Positions 50,680-60,684 of a DNA stretch of 64,000 bases are shown here, in pieces. The notes beneath the pieces were generated by a model, which saw only the letters and a list, made by a program, of their open reading frames with translations, ran no database searches and had not been told where the DNA came from. The DNA is from an uncultured delta proteobacterium. GTDB taxonomy: Bacteria > Desulfobacterota > Desulfobacteria > Desulfobacterales > UBA2156. The number at the start of each line of letters is the position of its first letter. The stretch's first letter is position 1. The position numbers and the translations under genes are program-made. The stretch covers positions 608,001-672,000 of the forward strand of contig CAVTQK010000015.1 of assembly GCA_963736855.1 (NCBI GenBank), in the 5' to 3' direction.

Positions 50680-51906
50680 TTATTTCTTGCCGTAGTATTT
50701 TGAATAATAATGGTAATAAGTATCTTTTTTGAAGTCCACCTGGTTTAAGACCAGTCCTAAAATGTTGGCTCGGGTGGTTTTTAAATTTTCCAGCGCTTTT
50801 TGGATGATTTTTCGATCCAGGAGGCCGGCCTTGACCACAAAGATGATGCCGTCTGCCAGCGGTGCGAGGAGAAGCGGGTCGCTGATCGGCAGGACAGGAG
50901 GGGAATCGATCACCAGAACATCGAACCGGTCCTTCAAAAAGGATAGCAGAAATGGCATCCTTGCCGAGCCCAGAATTTCCGAAGGTTTCGGGGGAATAGG
51001 ACCGGAGGGCATCAGGAACAGGTTTTCCATGCCGCTTTCGATAATGGTATCGTAAATTTTTTTCTGCAGATATGGAAGGTTTTCCCTTCCGATGATCATG
51101 TCTTCAAAGATCTGGGAGACCTTGAAGGGATGGTATGAAGGTCTTTCGAAATGGGAAACCGGCTGTTTTTCAAACAAAAAGTTTCCTTCATGGAGCTGCA
51201 TGGCCACCCGGAGTCCCTCGATGATGTGCAGCTTGATATATCCTGCCAAGGTTTCCTGACTGAGAAGGCCCATGTGTAAAAGCAGGTAGCCGATTTTCTG
51301 GCCCGTGTCCTTTTGTCGTTGAATACAGCGCTCGGCCTGTTCCTTGTTAATGACGTTGTTTTGGATCAGAAGCGATAGAAGCTTCTTCTGGCCGGGCCGG
51401 CTCAGCCAGTGGACATCCATGAGTTCGCCCTGCAGGAAGTGGATATCGACCTTTTCGTCCTTTTGGATAATATGGAGGATACCTGTTTTTTTGCGGAACT
51501 GGTTAAGACGCATCAGGTCTCCCAGGCTGTATTCCTTAAGTGTGCCGGATTGGATGTCAGCGCTGAGAATTTCGGTCAAAATGCCGCTGAGGCCATATAA
51601 ATCTAAACAAGGGGTCAATCGGCTGATCTTCGGCTTGCGCATGTCGGCATCGATTAAAAGGACGGTTTTCCCGCCCTGGGCCAGTGTATGGGCAAGGAGC
51701 ATGGAGAGGGTCGATTTTCCCTCGGATTGATCGGAGCTGGTCACCAGGAGACAATGGTATGCCTTGTCAATGAAGGAAAACTCGATGTTGGTTCGCAAGT
51801 ACCGAAGGCTTTCAGCAAGCTGTGGATCCTGGGAAAGATGATTCAGAAATTCAGCAAGGGGTGTCTGCTCTTTTAAAGAGGCTTGATCAGTATTTAACTC
51901 GGGCAT
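50680..51906 (-). CDS. CpsD/CapB BY-kinase with internal DUF4388/MshEN-like insertion
   Basis: ESLRYLRTN, Walker A SEGKST, A' IDADMRKP, Walker B VIDSPP, C-terminal Tyr cluster YYHYYSKYY. Confidence 0.88.
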   Translation of the reverse strand: MPELNTDQASLKEQTPLAEFLNHLSQDPQLAESLRYLRTNIEFSFIDKAYHCLLVTSSDQSEGKSTLSMLLAHTLAQGGKTVLLIDADMRKPKISRLTPCLDLYGLSGILTEILSADIQSGTLKEYSLGDLMRLNQFRKKTGILHIIQKDEKVDIHFLQGELMDVHWLSRPGQKKLLSLLIQNNVINKEQAERCIQRQKDTGQKIGYLLLHMGLLSQETLAGYIKLHIIEGLRVAMQLHEGNFLFEKQPVSHFERPSYHPFKVSQIFEDMIIGRENLPYLQKKIYDTIIESGMENLFLMPSGPIPPKPSEILGSARMPFLLSFLKDRFDVLVIDSPPVLPISDPLLLAPLADGIIFVVKAGLLDRKIIQKALENLKTTRANILGLVLNQVDFKKDTYYHYYSKYYGKK

Positions 51907-53457
51907 GTTTTCTTTGGACCCTTTTCCTGGAGTTCTTTGGGAATGGCGATGACAGGCACGAAAGTCAAAACGGGGATTCCCAGATACCGCTTGACTTCAT
52001 CTTCGGTGGAAATGGAGCGGTCGAAAGATTCCACCGCAAAGCTGGATCCGATCCCGATGATCAGCCCGAATATGACCCCCAATAAGAGGTTCAAAGTCTT
52101 TTTGGGTTTCACGGGATTGACGGGTACTATTGCCTTCTCGGCGATCCGGATGCTGGAGACATCGAAGTTCCCGGAAATATCGGCTTCTTTTAAACGTGCC
52201 AGAAGGACGTCATAGAGCTTCTGGTTCATTTCCACGTTTCTCTTGAGTATGTTGTACTGAAACTCTTTCTTGTTGATATCCATGGATTCTTTCTGAAAAT
52301 CGTTGACGGTCTCCTGGAGGACTTGCTCTTTGGCCAAAAGGACCGAGCGCTCCGCCTTCAGGTTATTCAGCTCCTTGCTGATTTCCATATTCAGCTTATT
52401 GCGGACGTTGCTGATCTGGGTCTGGGCCTGGATGATATTTGGATGCTTGGGCTTGAATGTTTTTTCCAGGCCGGACAATTCTACTTCAAGATTCACGAGT
52501 TGGGCGTAGAGGTCGGTGATGAGTTTGTTTTCGATCAGGGATCTCAGGTTGGGGATCCCCTTGTCGGATTTTAGCGCATCATTGATCTTGGCAAGTTTGG
52601 AGTCCAGTTCGAGGCGGCGGTTTCTGGCCTCGATATAGGTTTTGGTCAGTTCCGAGACTTTTTGGATCGTCATCCGCTGGCTTTCCTCCATGGAAATGAG
52701 CTTTTCCTGCTGCTTGTAGGCAGAAAACCCTTTCTCCGCATCCTCCAGGTTCTTTTTCACTTCGTAAAGGTTGTTGGTCAGATAAGAAATGGTGTTCTGG
52801 GAGGTTTTCAGACGGGTGTCGATGTTGTAATCGATATAGCTTTGGGCCACTGAATTGGCAATCTCGGCAGACATGTCAGGCGATGCGGAAAGGGCGTCGA
52901 TCTTTACCAGCCGGGTATCTTGAACGTGTTCCACCTTGATCACATACTTTTTAAGGGTTGCGATCAGCTCGTTGATTTTTTCCTCCGTGGGGAAGCAATT
53001 CTTTTTTTTCTCTTCCGGCGATCTTTGAAAAAAGCAGACTGATATTGGAAATCACATTGGAAAAAAGGGTTTGAAACGGGGAGAGGGGAAGAAGTCTTTT
53101 ATCTTTTTCCAAATCCATTTCGTCCAGGCGGAGGCCTTTCACGACCTTCTCAAGGACGGGTCTGGAGGTGATGAGTTCAAAGTGGGAAAAGAAGGTCAGC
53201 GATTCCGACTGGGTGCTTTCATAATCCATCCGCTCGGAGGTGATGAGAGACTTCGGGGTTTCCTTGTCGATGATGAGGGTAGCCGATCCTTGAAAGACAG
53301 GCGTGGCGACGGCATTGTAAAAGAGAATCAGTCCCACCATGATCCCCAGAGACGCCAGTATCAACCATTTGTGGCGACGGATGATGTGGTAGTATTCTAC
53401 AAGATCGATGGTTTCTTCTGTTTCTTGCGGGGCTATTTTTTGAATTGAATTTTCCAT
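51894..53457 (-). CDS. Wzz/GumC-like polysaccharide co-polymerase (apparent frameshift near 52980)
   Basis: IDLVEYYHIIRRHKWLI, coiled coils, FKPKHP, PVNPVKPKK plus TM. Confidence 0.88.
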
Positions 53458-53481
53458 GATATATCTTTTTAGCTTAATTGA

Positions 53482-54363
53482 TCACAACCATGCTTCGGGA
53501 ATGTGGATCCGGTCGCCGGGTTTTAATTCCGCATCCGAAATTTTTCCTTTGATGACCGAATCGAGGTTGATTTTGATCACCTCCACCTCTGTTTCCTTCT
53601 GGCGGACGATCTGGGCACGGTTGGGGGCGGCAAAACGGCTGAAACCTCCGGCCCGGATGCAGGCGCTGAGGGCCGTCATGCCCTGTTGATACTCGTAGAT
53701 GCCCGGATTTTTCACTTCGCCGTCCACATAGATCTTCGATTCCGCGATGTTAAACGATTCCTTACTGGGGATATAGACGACATCGCCGGGATTCAAAACG
53801 GGATTTGCCGTCATGTCTCCCTTATCCAGAAGCCGGATCAGATCCACCTTGATCGGTTCGATCGTCGGATCTTCGGAGGGATTGGAGGAATGGCGCATAA
53901 TATAGGCGGTGTTTCCCCTTTCCGGCAGGGCACCTTCGGCTTTTGCAATCAGCTCCAGCAAGGAGGCATCGCTGGTGGTCTTGTAAAGGCCGGGCTTTCT
54001 GACCGCGCCGGAGATATAATAATGGAGGCTGTTGTATTCCTTGATACGCACCGACACCTCAGGATCGACAAAAAAATCCCTGGCAAGGATCTTGGCCATT
54101 TCCTGTTGCAATTGGTCGGTGGTGAGTCCCTTGGTGCTGAAATCCCCGATGAAAGGGGCGTTGATCTTTCCGGAAACCGAAACGGTCAAATCCGATTCGT
54201 GCTGTTTTTGCCCCCCGGCATAAATGATGATGGTCAGGACGTCGTTAGGACCTATGAGGTATGGCTTTTCCTGTGCTCCGGCAATAAAGACGGGGAGCAA
54301 AGCGCAAATGAGCAACGTATAAACCAATAGCCCCCGGATTCCCCGGTCTTTTAATTTAGACAT
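53482..54363 (-). CDS. Polysaccharide export protein (Wza-like, Poly_export plus SLBB)
   Basis: YLIGPNDVL, GKINAPFIG, ISGAVRKPG, GEVKNPG. Confidence 0.9.
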   Translation of the reverse strand: MSKLKDRGIRGLLVYTLLICALLPVFIAGAQEKPYLIGPNDVLTIIIYAGGQKQHESDLTVSVSGKINAPFIGDFSTKGLTTDQLQQEMAKILARDFFVDPEVSVRIKEYNSLHYYISGAVRKPGLYKTTSDASLLELIAKAEGALPERGNTAYIMRHSSNPSEDPTIEPIKVDLIRLLDKGDMTANPVLNPGDVVYIPSKESFNIAESKIYVDGEVKNPGIYEYQQGMTALSACIRAGGFSRFAAPNRAQIVRQKETEVEVIKINLDSVIKGKISDAELKPGDRIHIPEAWL

Positions 54364-54441
54364 GAAACTTCGCCGGAAAACATGGAATTTTAAACCATGA
54401 GTAACAAATGTATGACAGGTCTTTAAATAGCGTATCAAACG

Positions 54442-55758
54442 TCAACGATAATAGGAGGCTTCTTCGCTGAAATCCGCCCGACTTCCGATGTCGTAGTCGA
54501 AATTAAACCGAATCTGGGCATAATTGTTTTCGTAATCAAAACCGTCCAGGTTGGAATCCTGGGTTTTCTTGCCAACGGTCAAGGACACACCCATGCGCTT
54601 GGTGATGAGATACTCCAGTATCCCCTGAATATCCGTCACCTTGTCATTACGGTATTCGGTGGCTCCTTCAGGAGTCAGGCCTTCCCAGTATTTGTAGTCG
54701 TTTTCCTGGTAATAGCCGCGGATCGTCGCCAAAATCTTTTCGACAAAGACATGCCCGGCGCTGGCCGTAAAACGATTGGCGGTATACAGATCATAATAAT
54801 TGCCCACGTTGTTGAAGTTTCTTTCATAAGCCGCATAGATGTGGCTTTTGGAGCGCAGGTAAGTCCGACCCAGATATCGCGGCCCTTCTTCCGGAGGCGG
54901 ATTCTGCAAGGTGGCCGAAACTTTATAAGAGATCAGGTCTTCATCGGGAATGGTGGAGTCGTCGAAATCCCGGTTATGAAACCCGATTCCGCCTTCAACA
55001 GAAAGATAGTTGAACCGTTTTTCGGCGGTCAGGCGCAGCCAGTCTGAAGTATATTTTTGATTTTCCAGGTCATCCGGTTCGTCATAGGTCCATCGCTGAT
55101 AATCCAGGTCCAGGGTGACGGTTCTCGTCGGGCTGTAAATAAGGTCGACGATACCACGGTGCTCGATGTAGTCGTCATCGTCGGAATCGTAATAATCCAC
55201 ATCGGTACGCCGATATCGTACACCGGCCGTCAATTGCTCGGTGATATCGAAGTAAATGAGGGGTTCGAAGCGGTTGATCCAATATTTTTCCCGTTCGACG
55301 CTGTTTGAAAACTGATCCGATTCCTGGGGACGTCGGGTGATGTAAAATGAATCTTTCAGGCCGACTTTTAAGCGTTCCACCGGCTGATAGACCAAATCTA
55401 AAAGGGCGAGCGGCCCCACGTAATTTTCATCACTGGCTGCTGTAGAACCTTCCGGGACATCGGTTTTATCCTCATAAAAGTAGGCTTCCAAAATGAGGGT
55501 GACATCGGCCTTGAGCTTGGGAGTCTCCATGCCCAACAACACGCCCGGCTCCAGCAGTAACGTATAGACCTCCCGTTCATTCTCTTCGGCATAATAAAAA
55601 TTGCTGTCATAACGCCCGGAAATAGAGAACATGGGTTTAATTTTAAACTTGGCATCTGCGAAAAGAAGGCCGGGAAGGGCCAATACAAACGCACATAACG
55701 GTATCACCACCCAGAAAAACCTGGCCATGCCTTGTTTTTGTTTCAATCGTCTCATCAA
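54442..55758 (-). CDS. Outer-membrane beta-barrel protein of polysaccharide export locus
   Basis: Signal peptide, YDSN motif, alternating aromatic beta-strands; first gene of the operon. Confidence 0.75.
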   Translation of the reverse strand: MMRRLKQKQGMARFFWVVIPLCAFVLALPGLLFADAKFKIKPMFSISGRYDSNFYYAEENEREVYTLLLEPGVLLGMETPKLKADVTLILEAYFYEDKTDVPEGSTAASDENYVGPLALLDLVYQPVERLKVGLKDSFYITRRPQESDQFSNSVEREKYWINRFEPLIYFDITEQLTAGVRYRRTDVDYYDSDDDDYIEHRGIVDLIYSPTRTVTLDLDYQRWTYDEPDDLENQKYTSDWLRLTAEKRFNYLSVEGGIGFHNRDFDDSTIPDEDLISYKVSATLQNPPPEEGPRYLGRTYLRSKSHIYAAYERNFNNVGNYYDLYTANRFTASAGHVFVEKILATIRGYYQENDYKYWEGLTPEGATEYRNDKVTDIQGILEYLITKRMGVSLTVGKKTQDSNLDGFDYENNYAQIRFNFDYDIGSRADFSEEASYYR

Positions 55759-55823
55759 TATCCCTCCTCAGGTTTCAAAGGGCGGAGTCAGGGGGAAACA
55801 GCCCAATGAAAAGGACAAAATAG

Positions 55824-55860
55824 ATGGCCGGCGCACTCAAAATTCATGCCGGCCATTTTT
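55824..55860. terminator. Hairpin, possible intrinsic terminator
   Basis: ATGGCCGGC...GCCGGCCAT followed by TTTT. Confidence 0.4.
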
Positions 55861-56014
55861 GATGGCTTCGTAAAAAGTCCATCTGCTGCGTTGCACTGCA
55901 TCCTTCGTCATTGCGGCGTACCCATATGTATGCCTCATTCCTCAGGATTTGCGCGCCTTGCATCTGAAGCTTTTTACTTTGCCATCCTAATTTTGACTTT
56001 TTACAATTTCATCA
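55860..56014. mobile_element. MITE-like element, copy 3 (inverted relative to copy 1)
   Basis: TGATGGCTTCGTAAAAAGTCC ... GACTTTTTACAATTTCATCA; near-identical to 60685-60839. Confidence 0.82.
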
Positions 56015-56040
56015 TTTTTCAGGGTCATTAAAATTCTAAC

Positions 56041-56775
56041 TTACTTAATCGGACTTATATCTTGAGGTTTTTGTTTAAAATGGTCTTCCGGTGGATTTCC
56101 CTGAAGTTGCAGCAGCTCGGGTCTAAAAGGTTCTTCAAAGGCCTCCACTAAATTTTTCGGTCCGATGAGCGAGACCACGAGTTTCGTGATATTGCCCGAT
56201 AGTTTGTCACTGACATTGCAAATCTGTCCGTGTATAATGCTCGGAACCGGAAACTGCCCATTGGGAACCGACCAGTTGCCTTCCGCGAATCCCAGGCCGC
56301 TTTTAATTAATTCTTTATGTAGTAACTGAAACGGTTTATTTCCGGATGTATCCGTCCACTCATAAAAATCTTTTCCGATAAACTGTCTGAAATCCACACA
56401 GTCCAAAAGTCGCATCTGTTCGTCGAAAATATAATAGGTCAAGGCCACATTCCCCCAGTTCACCCGGACCGACTGGTTAAACTGGTAAATCTGCTGAAGC
56501 TTCCATTCCAGCGGCTGATTTTGTTTGTTGATCGATTCCACTACCGCTAAAAATTGGTTCACTGCGTCTCTCATGGCCTTTGCGTATGAAGGAATCTCTT
56601 TCTTGGGAGAGTCCGCATCTTTTTTTGCCAGAAACAGAGGTGCTTTTTCACCGATCCAGGATGGGTTTAAAGGCATTCCCCTGTCCCCCGCGAGAGTCGG
56701 CACGGCGGCAAATGTCCATACGCAACAAAGGATAAAAAATCCCGCGATTCCTATTAGTTGAATTCGTCTTTTCAT
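56041..56775 (-). CDS. Exported protein with Cache-like domain
   Basis: Signal peptide MKRRIQ; YYIFD...GKDFYEWTDTSGNKPF resembles single-Cache domains; GGAGG RBS. Confidence 0.55.
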   Translation of the reverse strand: MKRRIQLIGIAGFFILCCVWTFAAVPTLAGDRGMPLNPSWIGEKAPLFLAKKDADSPKKEIPSYAKAMRDAVNQFLAVVESINKQNQPLEWKLQQIYQFNQSVRVNWGNVALTYYIFDEQMRLLDCVDFRQFIGKDFYEWTDTSGNKPFQLLHKELIKSGLGFAEGNWSVPNGQFPVPSIIHGQICNVSDKLSGNITKLVVSLIGPKNLVEAFEEPFRPELLQLQGNPPEDHFKQKPQDISPIK

Positions 56776-57068
56776 AGTGCGTCCTCCTTGTTTATGGGGT
56801 TTCCTAAAGTCTTCCAGCATTGCAGGTCGATTCAGGCACACCCGATAAGGCTTGCAATCTGAAGTAAATTGTAGTTAAAAATAGTTGTATTTCTTTAAAA
56901 AGTCAACATTTAATTTTCCGAAAAAAATCGAACTTATTTTGCAGATGTTGGGGCTAAGGTTGATTCAAAAAATCGGCCCTGTTTCCTCTGAAAAGATATT
57001 TCGGGTCGCATCGGGCTTGCTTTTCAGGATAACACACGCCCAAAGGCCGCTGTGAAAGGATTTTTTCC

Positions 57069-57695
57069 ATGAATGATTCTCATCCACAAAGACGAAATCG
57101 GCTGCTTTTTGCCGGATTGTTTTGGGTCATATCATCGGTTTGGGTTATGGGATGTGCGGATCGGAAAATTGAAGGTGCCGTGGTGGCAACCATCAATGAG
57201 TACAGGCTCACGATAAACGAGTTTGAAACCCAACTGGCCCAGGAACTTGAGATGGACCCGGAATTTAAGCTGACTCAGGAAGCAAAGGAATCCTTTTTAA
57301 ATCAATTGGTTCGAAAGGAGCTTCTCATACAGGAAGCCATGAAGATGAAGCTGGATCGACGGGACCGGTTCATTCGGGCCATCGAAAGGTATTGGCAATC
57401 CACCCTCATCCGTGACCTTTTAGAGCTGAAAGGTGAGGAAATCGAGCGGCAGACATATATTTCCGAAGAGGAGATCGCCGATCGGTATCATCGTATGAAA
57501 GCCGAAGATGAAAACCTCCCTCCAGTGGAAGCATTGCGACAAGAAATCACCCGAAGGCTTAAAGAAGAAAAAAAGACCGAGAAACTGAAGTTATGGATCG
57601 ATGCTTTACAAAAACAAGCAAAAATTGAGATCAGCCGCGAATTGCTTCACGAAAAAAAAATAGAGGATGTGCCGTTTAAACCGAAAGCATCATGA
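57069..57695 (+). CDS. SurA N-terminal-like lipoprotein
   Basis: Lipobox VMGC; VVATINEYRLT, LNQLVRKELLIQEA, WIDALQKQAKI. Confidence 0.7.
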   Translation: MNDSHPQRRNRLLFAGLFWVISSVWVMGCADRKIEGAVVATINEYRLTINEFETQLAQELEMDPEFKLTQEAKESFLNQLVRKELLIQEAMKMKLDRRDRFIRAIERYWQSTLIRDLLELKGEEIERQTYISEEEIADRYHRMKAEDENLPPVEALRQEITRRLKEEKKTEKLKLWIDALQKQAKIEISRELLHEKKIEDVPFKPKAS

Positions 57696-57817
57696 GATTC
57701 AGGCTATTAAGAACCCCAAAAAAATCGGACCAGGCGCCTTGTTTGAAATCAGCGGTTTTTGAAAACGGGAAAGCCGGGATTTCCGGCTGTGGATAAAGAG
57801 GATCAAAGGAGTATTCC

Positions 57818-58378
57818 ATGACTCAGGATAAATCATACAAAAGGCGGAATGTTTTTATCAAAAAAAGCTACCAGTTTTATTTTATTCTGAAGTTTTGCCT
57901 GATCATCCTTTTAGGGAGTGTCATATCTACCGCGCTGGTCATTCTTTTATCGCGAGGCACGGTGACAACATCCTTTGAAAACGGGCGACTGATGGTCAAA
58001 AACACGGCCATGGCTATTCTTCCCACGGTGATTTTGACTAATGCCGTTACGGTTGCCATCGTTTTGGTGATTGCCGTGCTGACGGTACTCTATATCTCCC
58101 ATAAAATCGCGGGGCCCATGTTTCGTTTTGAAAAGGAACTGGGTGCTATCGCGCAAGGGAATTTAACCCTGCGGATTTCCCTTCGAAAAAAGGACCAATT
58201 CGTCGCCCTTTCCACCGCCTTCAACGATATGACGGACAGTCTGCGCGGCAAGGTTCTTGCTGTGGAGTCGGAGATCCTCCAGTTCCAGGAGCTGGCAAAG
58301 CAACGTGATTTGCCGGAAGATATTGCCGCGTCCTTGATGAATCTCCAGAGTTTGGTCCGCAAATATTTCAAGATCTGA
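57818..58378 (+). CDS. Two-TM HAMP domain protein
   Basis: YKRRNVFIKK, two TMs, SHKIAGPMFRF...GNL...LRKKD. Confidence 0.8.
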   Translation: MTQDKSYKRRNVFIKKSYQFYFILKFCLIILLGSVISTALVILLSRGTVTTSFENGRLMVKNTAMAILPTVILTNAVTVAIVLVIAVLTVLYISHKIAGPMFRFEKELGAIAQGNLTLRISLRKKDQFVALSTAFNDMTDSLRGKVLAVESEILQFQELAKQRDLPEDIAASLMNLQSLVRKYFKI

Positions 58379-58387
58379 GCTCTTGTC

Positions 58388-59065
58388 ATGATCAGCAATT
58401 GGCTTGCACGGATTTTTTTAACCGGGCTATTTCTTTTTTGCTCGGGCAGGCCGGATGTTTTTATTACGCACAACGCGGACGAGCCATCCCTAGAAAAAAT
58501 CCCCTTTTCGATTTCCGCTCCGAAAAATCTTCCGGAAAAAAAACAGGAGGAAAGCCCCTGGACTCGACTGGAGACCCGATATATGATTATCCAATTCGAA
58601 AAAATTGAGGATTTGAAAAAATTTGATCGAAAGGTGGATTTCTTACCGTCCGACTTCTCCTTAAAAAGCTTTCTTTCGGAAACCGCATCTCAGGAATTAG
58701 AAGGTAAAATCCGGGAAAAAATCGATGCCCTATACGAACGGGTCCAGGAGATCCTGGACATGCTCAAAAAAAGCGAAAAAAAAGTGTCCATCAATCTATA
58801 TCCCGGCAAAAAAATGCTGGCTCAAGCCTATAAGAAGATTTTCGGCGCTGAACTGAATATTCGGGCATGGTATTTATATGAAATTAACACCATTTTCATC
58901 AACATCGATGATATTGATGAAAGGATGCTGGCCCATGAAATGGCCCATGCCATTATTGACAATTACATGACGACACGTGCTCCCAGAGCCACCGCTGAGA
59001 TCCTTGCCATATATGTAGACACCCACCTTTTCAAGAAAACCAAAAAGTACGGCCCCTCTGAGTGA
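58388..59065 (+). CDS. Hypothetical exported protein with HEXXH motif
   Basis: LAHEMAHAII, downstream EILA; N-terminal hydrophobic segment. Confidence 0.65.
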   Translation: MISNWLARIFLTGLFLFCSGRPDVFITHNADEPSLEKIPFSISAPKNLPEKKQEESPWTRLETRYMIIQFEKIEDLKKFDRKVDFLPSDFSLKSFLSETASQELEGKIREKIDALYERVQEILDMLKKSEKKVSINLYPGKKMLAQAYKKIFGAELNIRAWYLYEINTIFINIDDIDERMLAHEMAHAIIDNYMTTRAPRATAEILAIYVDTHLFKKTKKYGPSE

Positions 59066-59075
59066 AAGGGGCCGT
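59049..59075. terminator. Hairpin between convergent genes
   Basis: ACGGCCCCT-N9-AGGGGCCGT. Confidence 0.55.
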
Positions 59076-59114
59076 TAAAAAGTGGTGCGGATCATTCACG
59101 ATCCGTGTTTGACT

Positions 59115-60593
59115 TTACTTGCCGGCGATCAGCGTATAAGCGGATGCTTGATAGTAAGGGTCTTCTATGAGGTCGGTCCAGAGAAGGGCCTTTTCAAATT
59201 GCCGGGTATCGGCATACCAAGAGGAAATCCGGAAAAACGCCCGGTTCCTGAATTGGTCATCTTTAATTCCTCGAGCGATGGCAAGTGCTTTTTCATGGTT
59301 ACCCAACTTTTCGTATACCGGTGAAATTTCGGCCATGGCACTGAAGCGCTGGTAATCCACCGGAATCTCTCCGGACAATTTATCGGCTTGATCCAGAAGT
59401 TGTTGAGCCTGTTCCCTCTTTCCGGATTTCAGATAAATGTCTGCCACCCGTGTTGCGGCAGAAGCCTTGTAATAACTATCCTGAATAGTGCCGATGACCT
59501 CTATGGCCTTTTCGAATTCTCCGTTTTCAGCGTAACGGCCCGCGATTCTTTCCAGGGCGTCATCCTTATTATAAATGTTTTCGATTGTCTGGGCGACTTC
59601 CACCGCCTTCTGCTGCTGGGCGGCATCGGCATATCCCCAGGCGACCCGGTCCAGAGCGGAGGTTTTTACAGACTCGTCCTGGATGGAGCGCGCTACCTCG
59701 GCCGACGAGGCCAGAACCTGGCGGGCGATGTCTTTTTTTCCTTGGTTCCAGGCTGTAAGGCTGATCCGGGATAGGGTAAAAGTCCGGGTGTAGGGATTTT
59801 CGATCGTGTTGGCGATCTCAATGGCTTTTTCATAATCTCCTAAGGAGGTGTAGAGCTGGGTTATCCGATCCGGTCCGGCGGCCTTGGTGATAGCGACATC
59901 GATGTTCTTGACGATCTCAAAGGCTTTATCGTACTGGCCGTCTTCGGCAAGAATGCTGGCGATCATGTCCATGATGGTGATTTGTTTCTCTGCGTCATCG
60001 ATATTTTCGGCTACGGAATAAGCCTCTGAAAGGACTTCCCCGGCTTTGGTTTTTTTCCCCAGTTTGAAGAAATGATGCCCGATAACCGTCAGATCAAAGG
60101 CTTTCATGCCTTTGTTTTCGACTTTATTGGCAAATGTGTAGGCTTCTTGAAGAGTTTCCGAAGCCTTTTCAGTCTCATTGATCTCGGAGTAGGTTTCCGA
60201 GAGCAGGGTCATCAGATAAGTTTTTTTATGGGGGTCTTCGATCTTTTGAATGGGGTCCTTAGATCCGGCAAGCAAAAGTAGCCCGGTTTCCTTTCGCTGG
60301 CTGTTCCACGCAATTTCCCCGGTACGGGAAAATGCATAGGTCTGTATCACGGGATCTTCAATCTGTGCGGCGACCTTGGCCGCATCTTCATACATGCCGA
60401 TCTGTGCATAGACGACGGCGATGTCTTCTTGAGCCGAAGATTTATAATAGGGATTCTCAATGATTTTGGCAGCTTTAAGGGAGCGGGATAAAATAGCCGA
60501 GTCATTTTTCTTGCCGTCGATAATCATGGGCGCAGCACATCCCACGGTCAGTACCAAGGTGAGGAATATCGGAAAGAAAAGGGATCGACGCAT
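59115..60593 (-). CDS. TPR-like repeat lipoprotein
   Basis: Lipobox TVGC; repeated A...I(E/Q)(D/N)...(K/R) helical units. Confidence 0.8.
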   Translation of the reverse strand: MRRSLFFPIFLTLVLTVGCAAPMIIDGKKNDSAILSRSLKAAKIIENPYYKSSAQEDIAVVYAQIGMYEDAAKVAAQIEDPVIQTYAFSRTGEIAWNSQRKETGLLLLAGSKDPIQKIEDPHKKTYLMTLLSETYSEINETEKASETLQEAYTFANKVENKGMKAFDLTVIGHHFFKLGKKTKAGEVLSEAYSVAENIDDAEKQITIMDMIASILAEDGQYDKAFEIVKNIDVAITKAAGPDRITQLYTSLGDYEKAIEIANTIENPYTRTFTLSRISLTAWNQGKKDIARQVLASSAEVARSIQDESVKTSALDRVAWGYADAAQQQKAVEVAQTIENIYNKDDALERIAGRYAENGEFEKAIEVIGTIQDSYYKASAATRVADIYLKSGKREQAQQLLDQADKLSGEIPVDYQRFSAMAEISPVYEKLGNHEKALAIARGIKDDQFRNRAFFRISSWYADTRQFEKALLWTDLIEDPYYQASAYTLIAGK

Positions 60594-60684
60594 GGTGCTT
60601 CTCCTTCTAATACGGGTAAAGGAAACAGGCCGATAAATAAATTAAAAGTAGCCGAAATTTCCCTCTTTGTCAACGCGTTAAATT

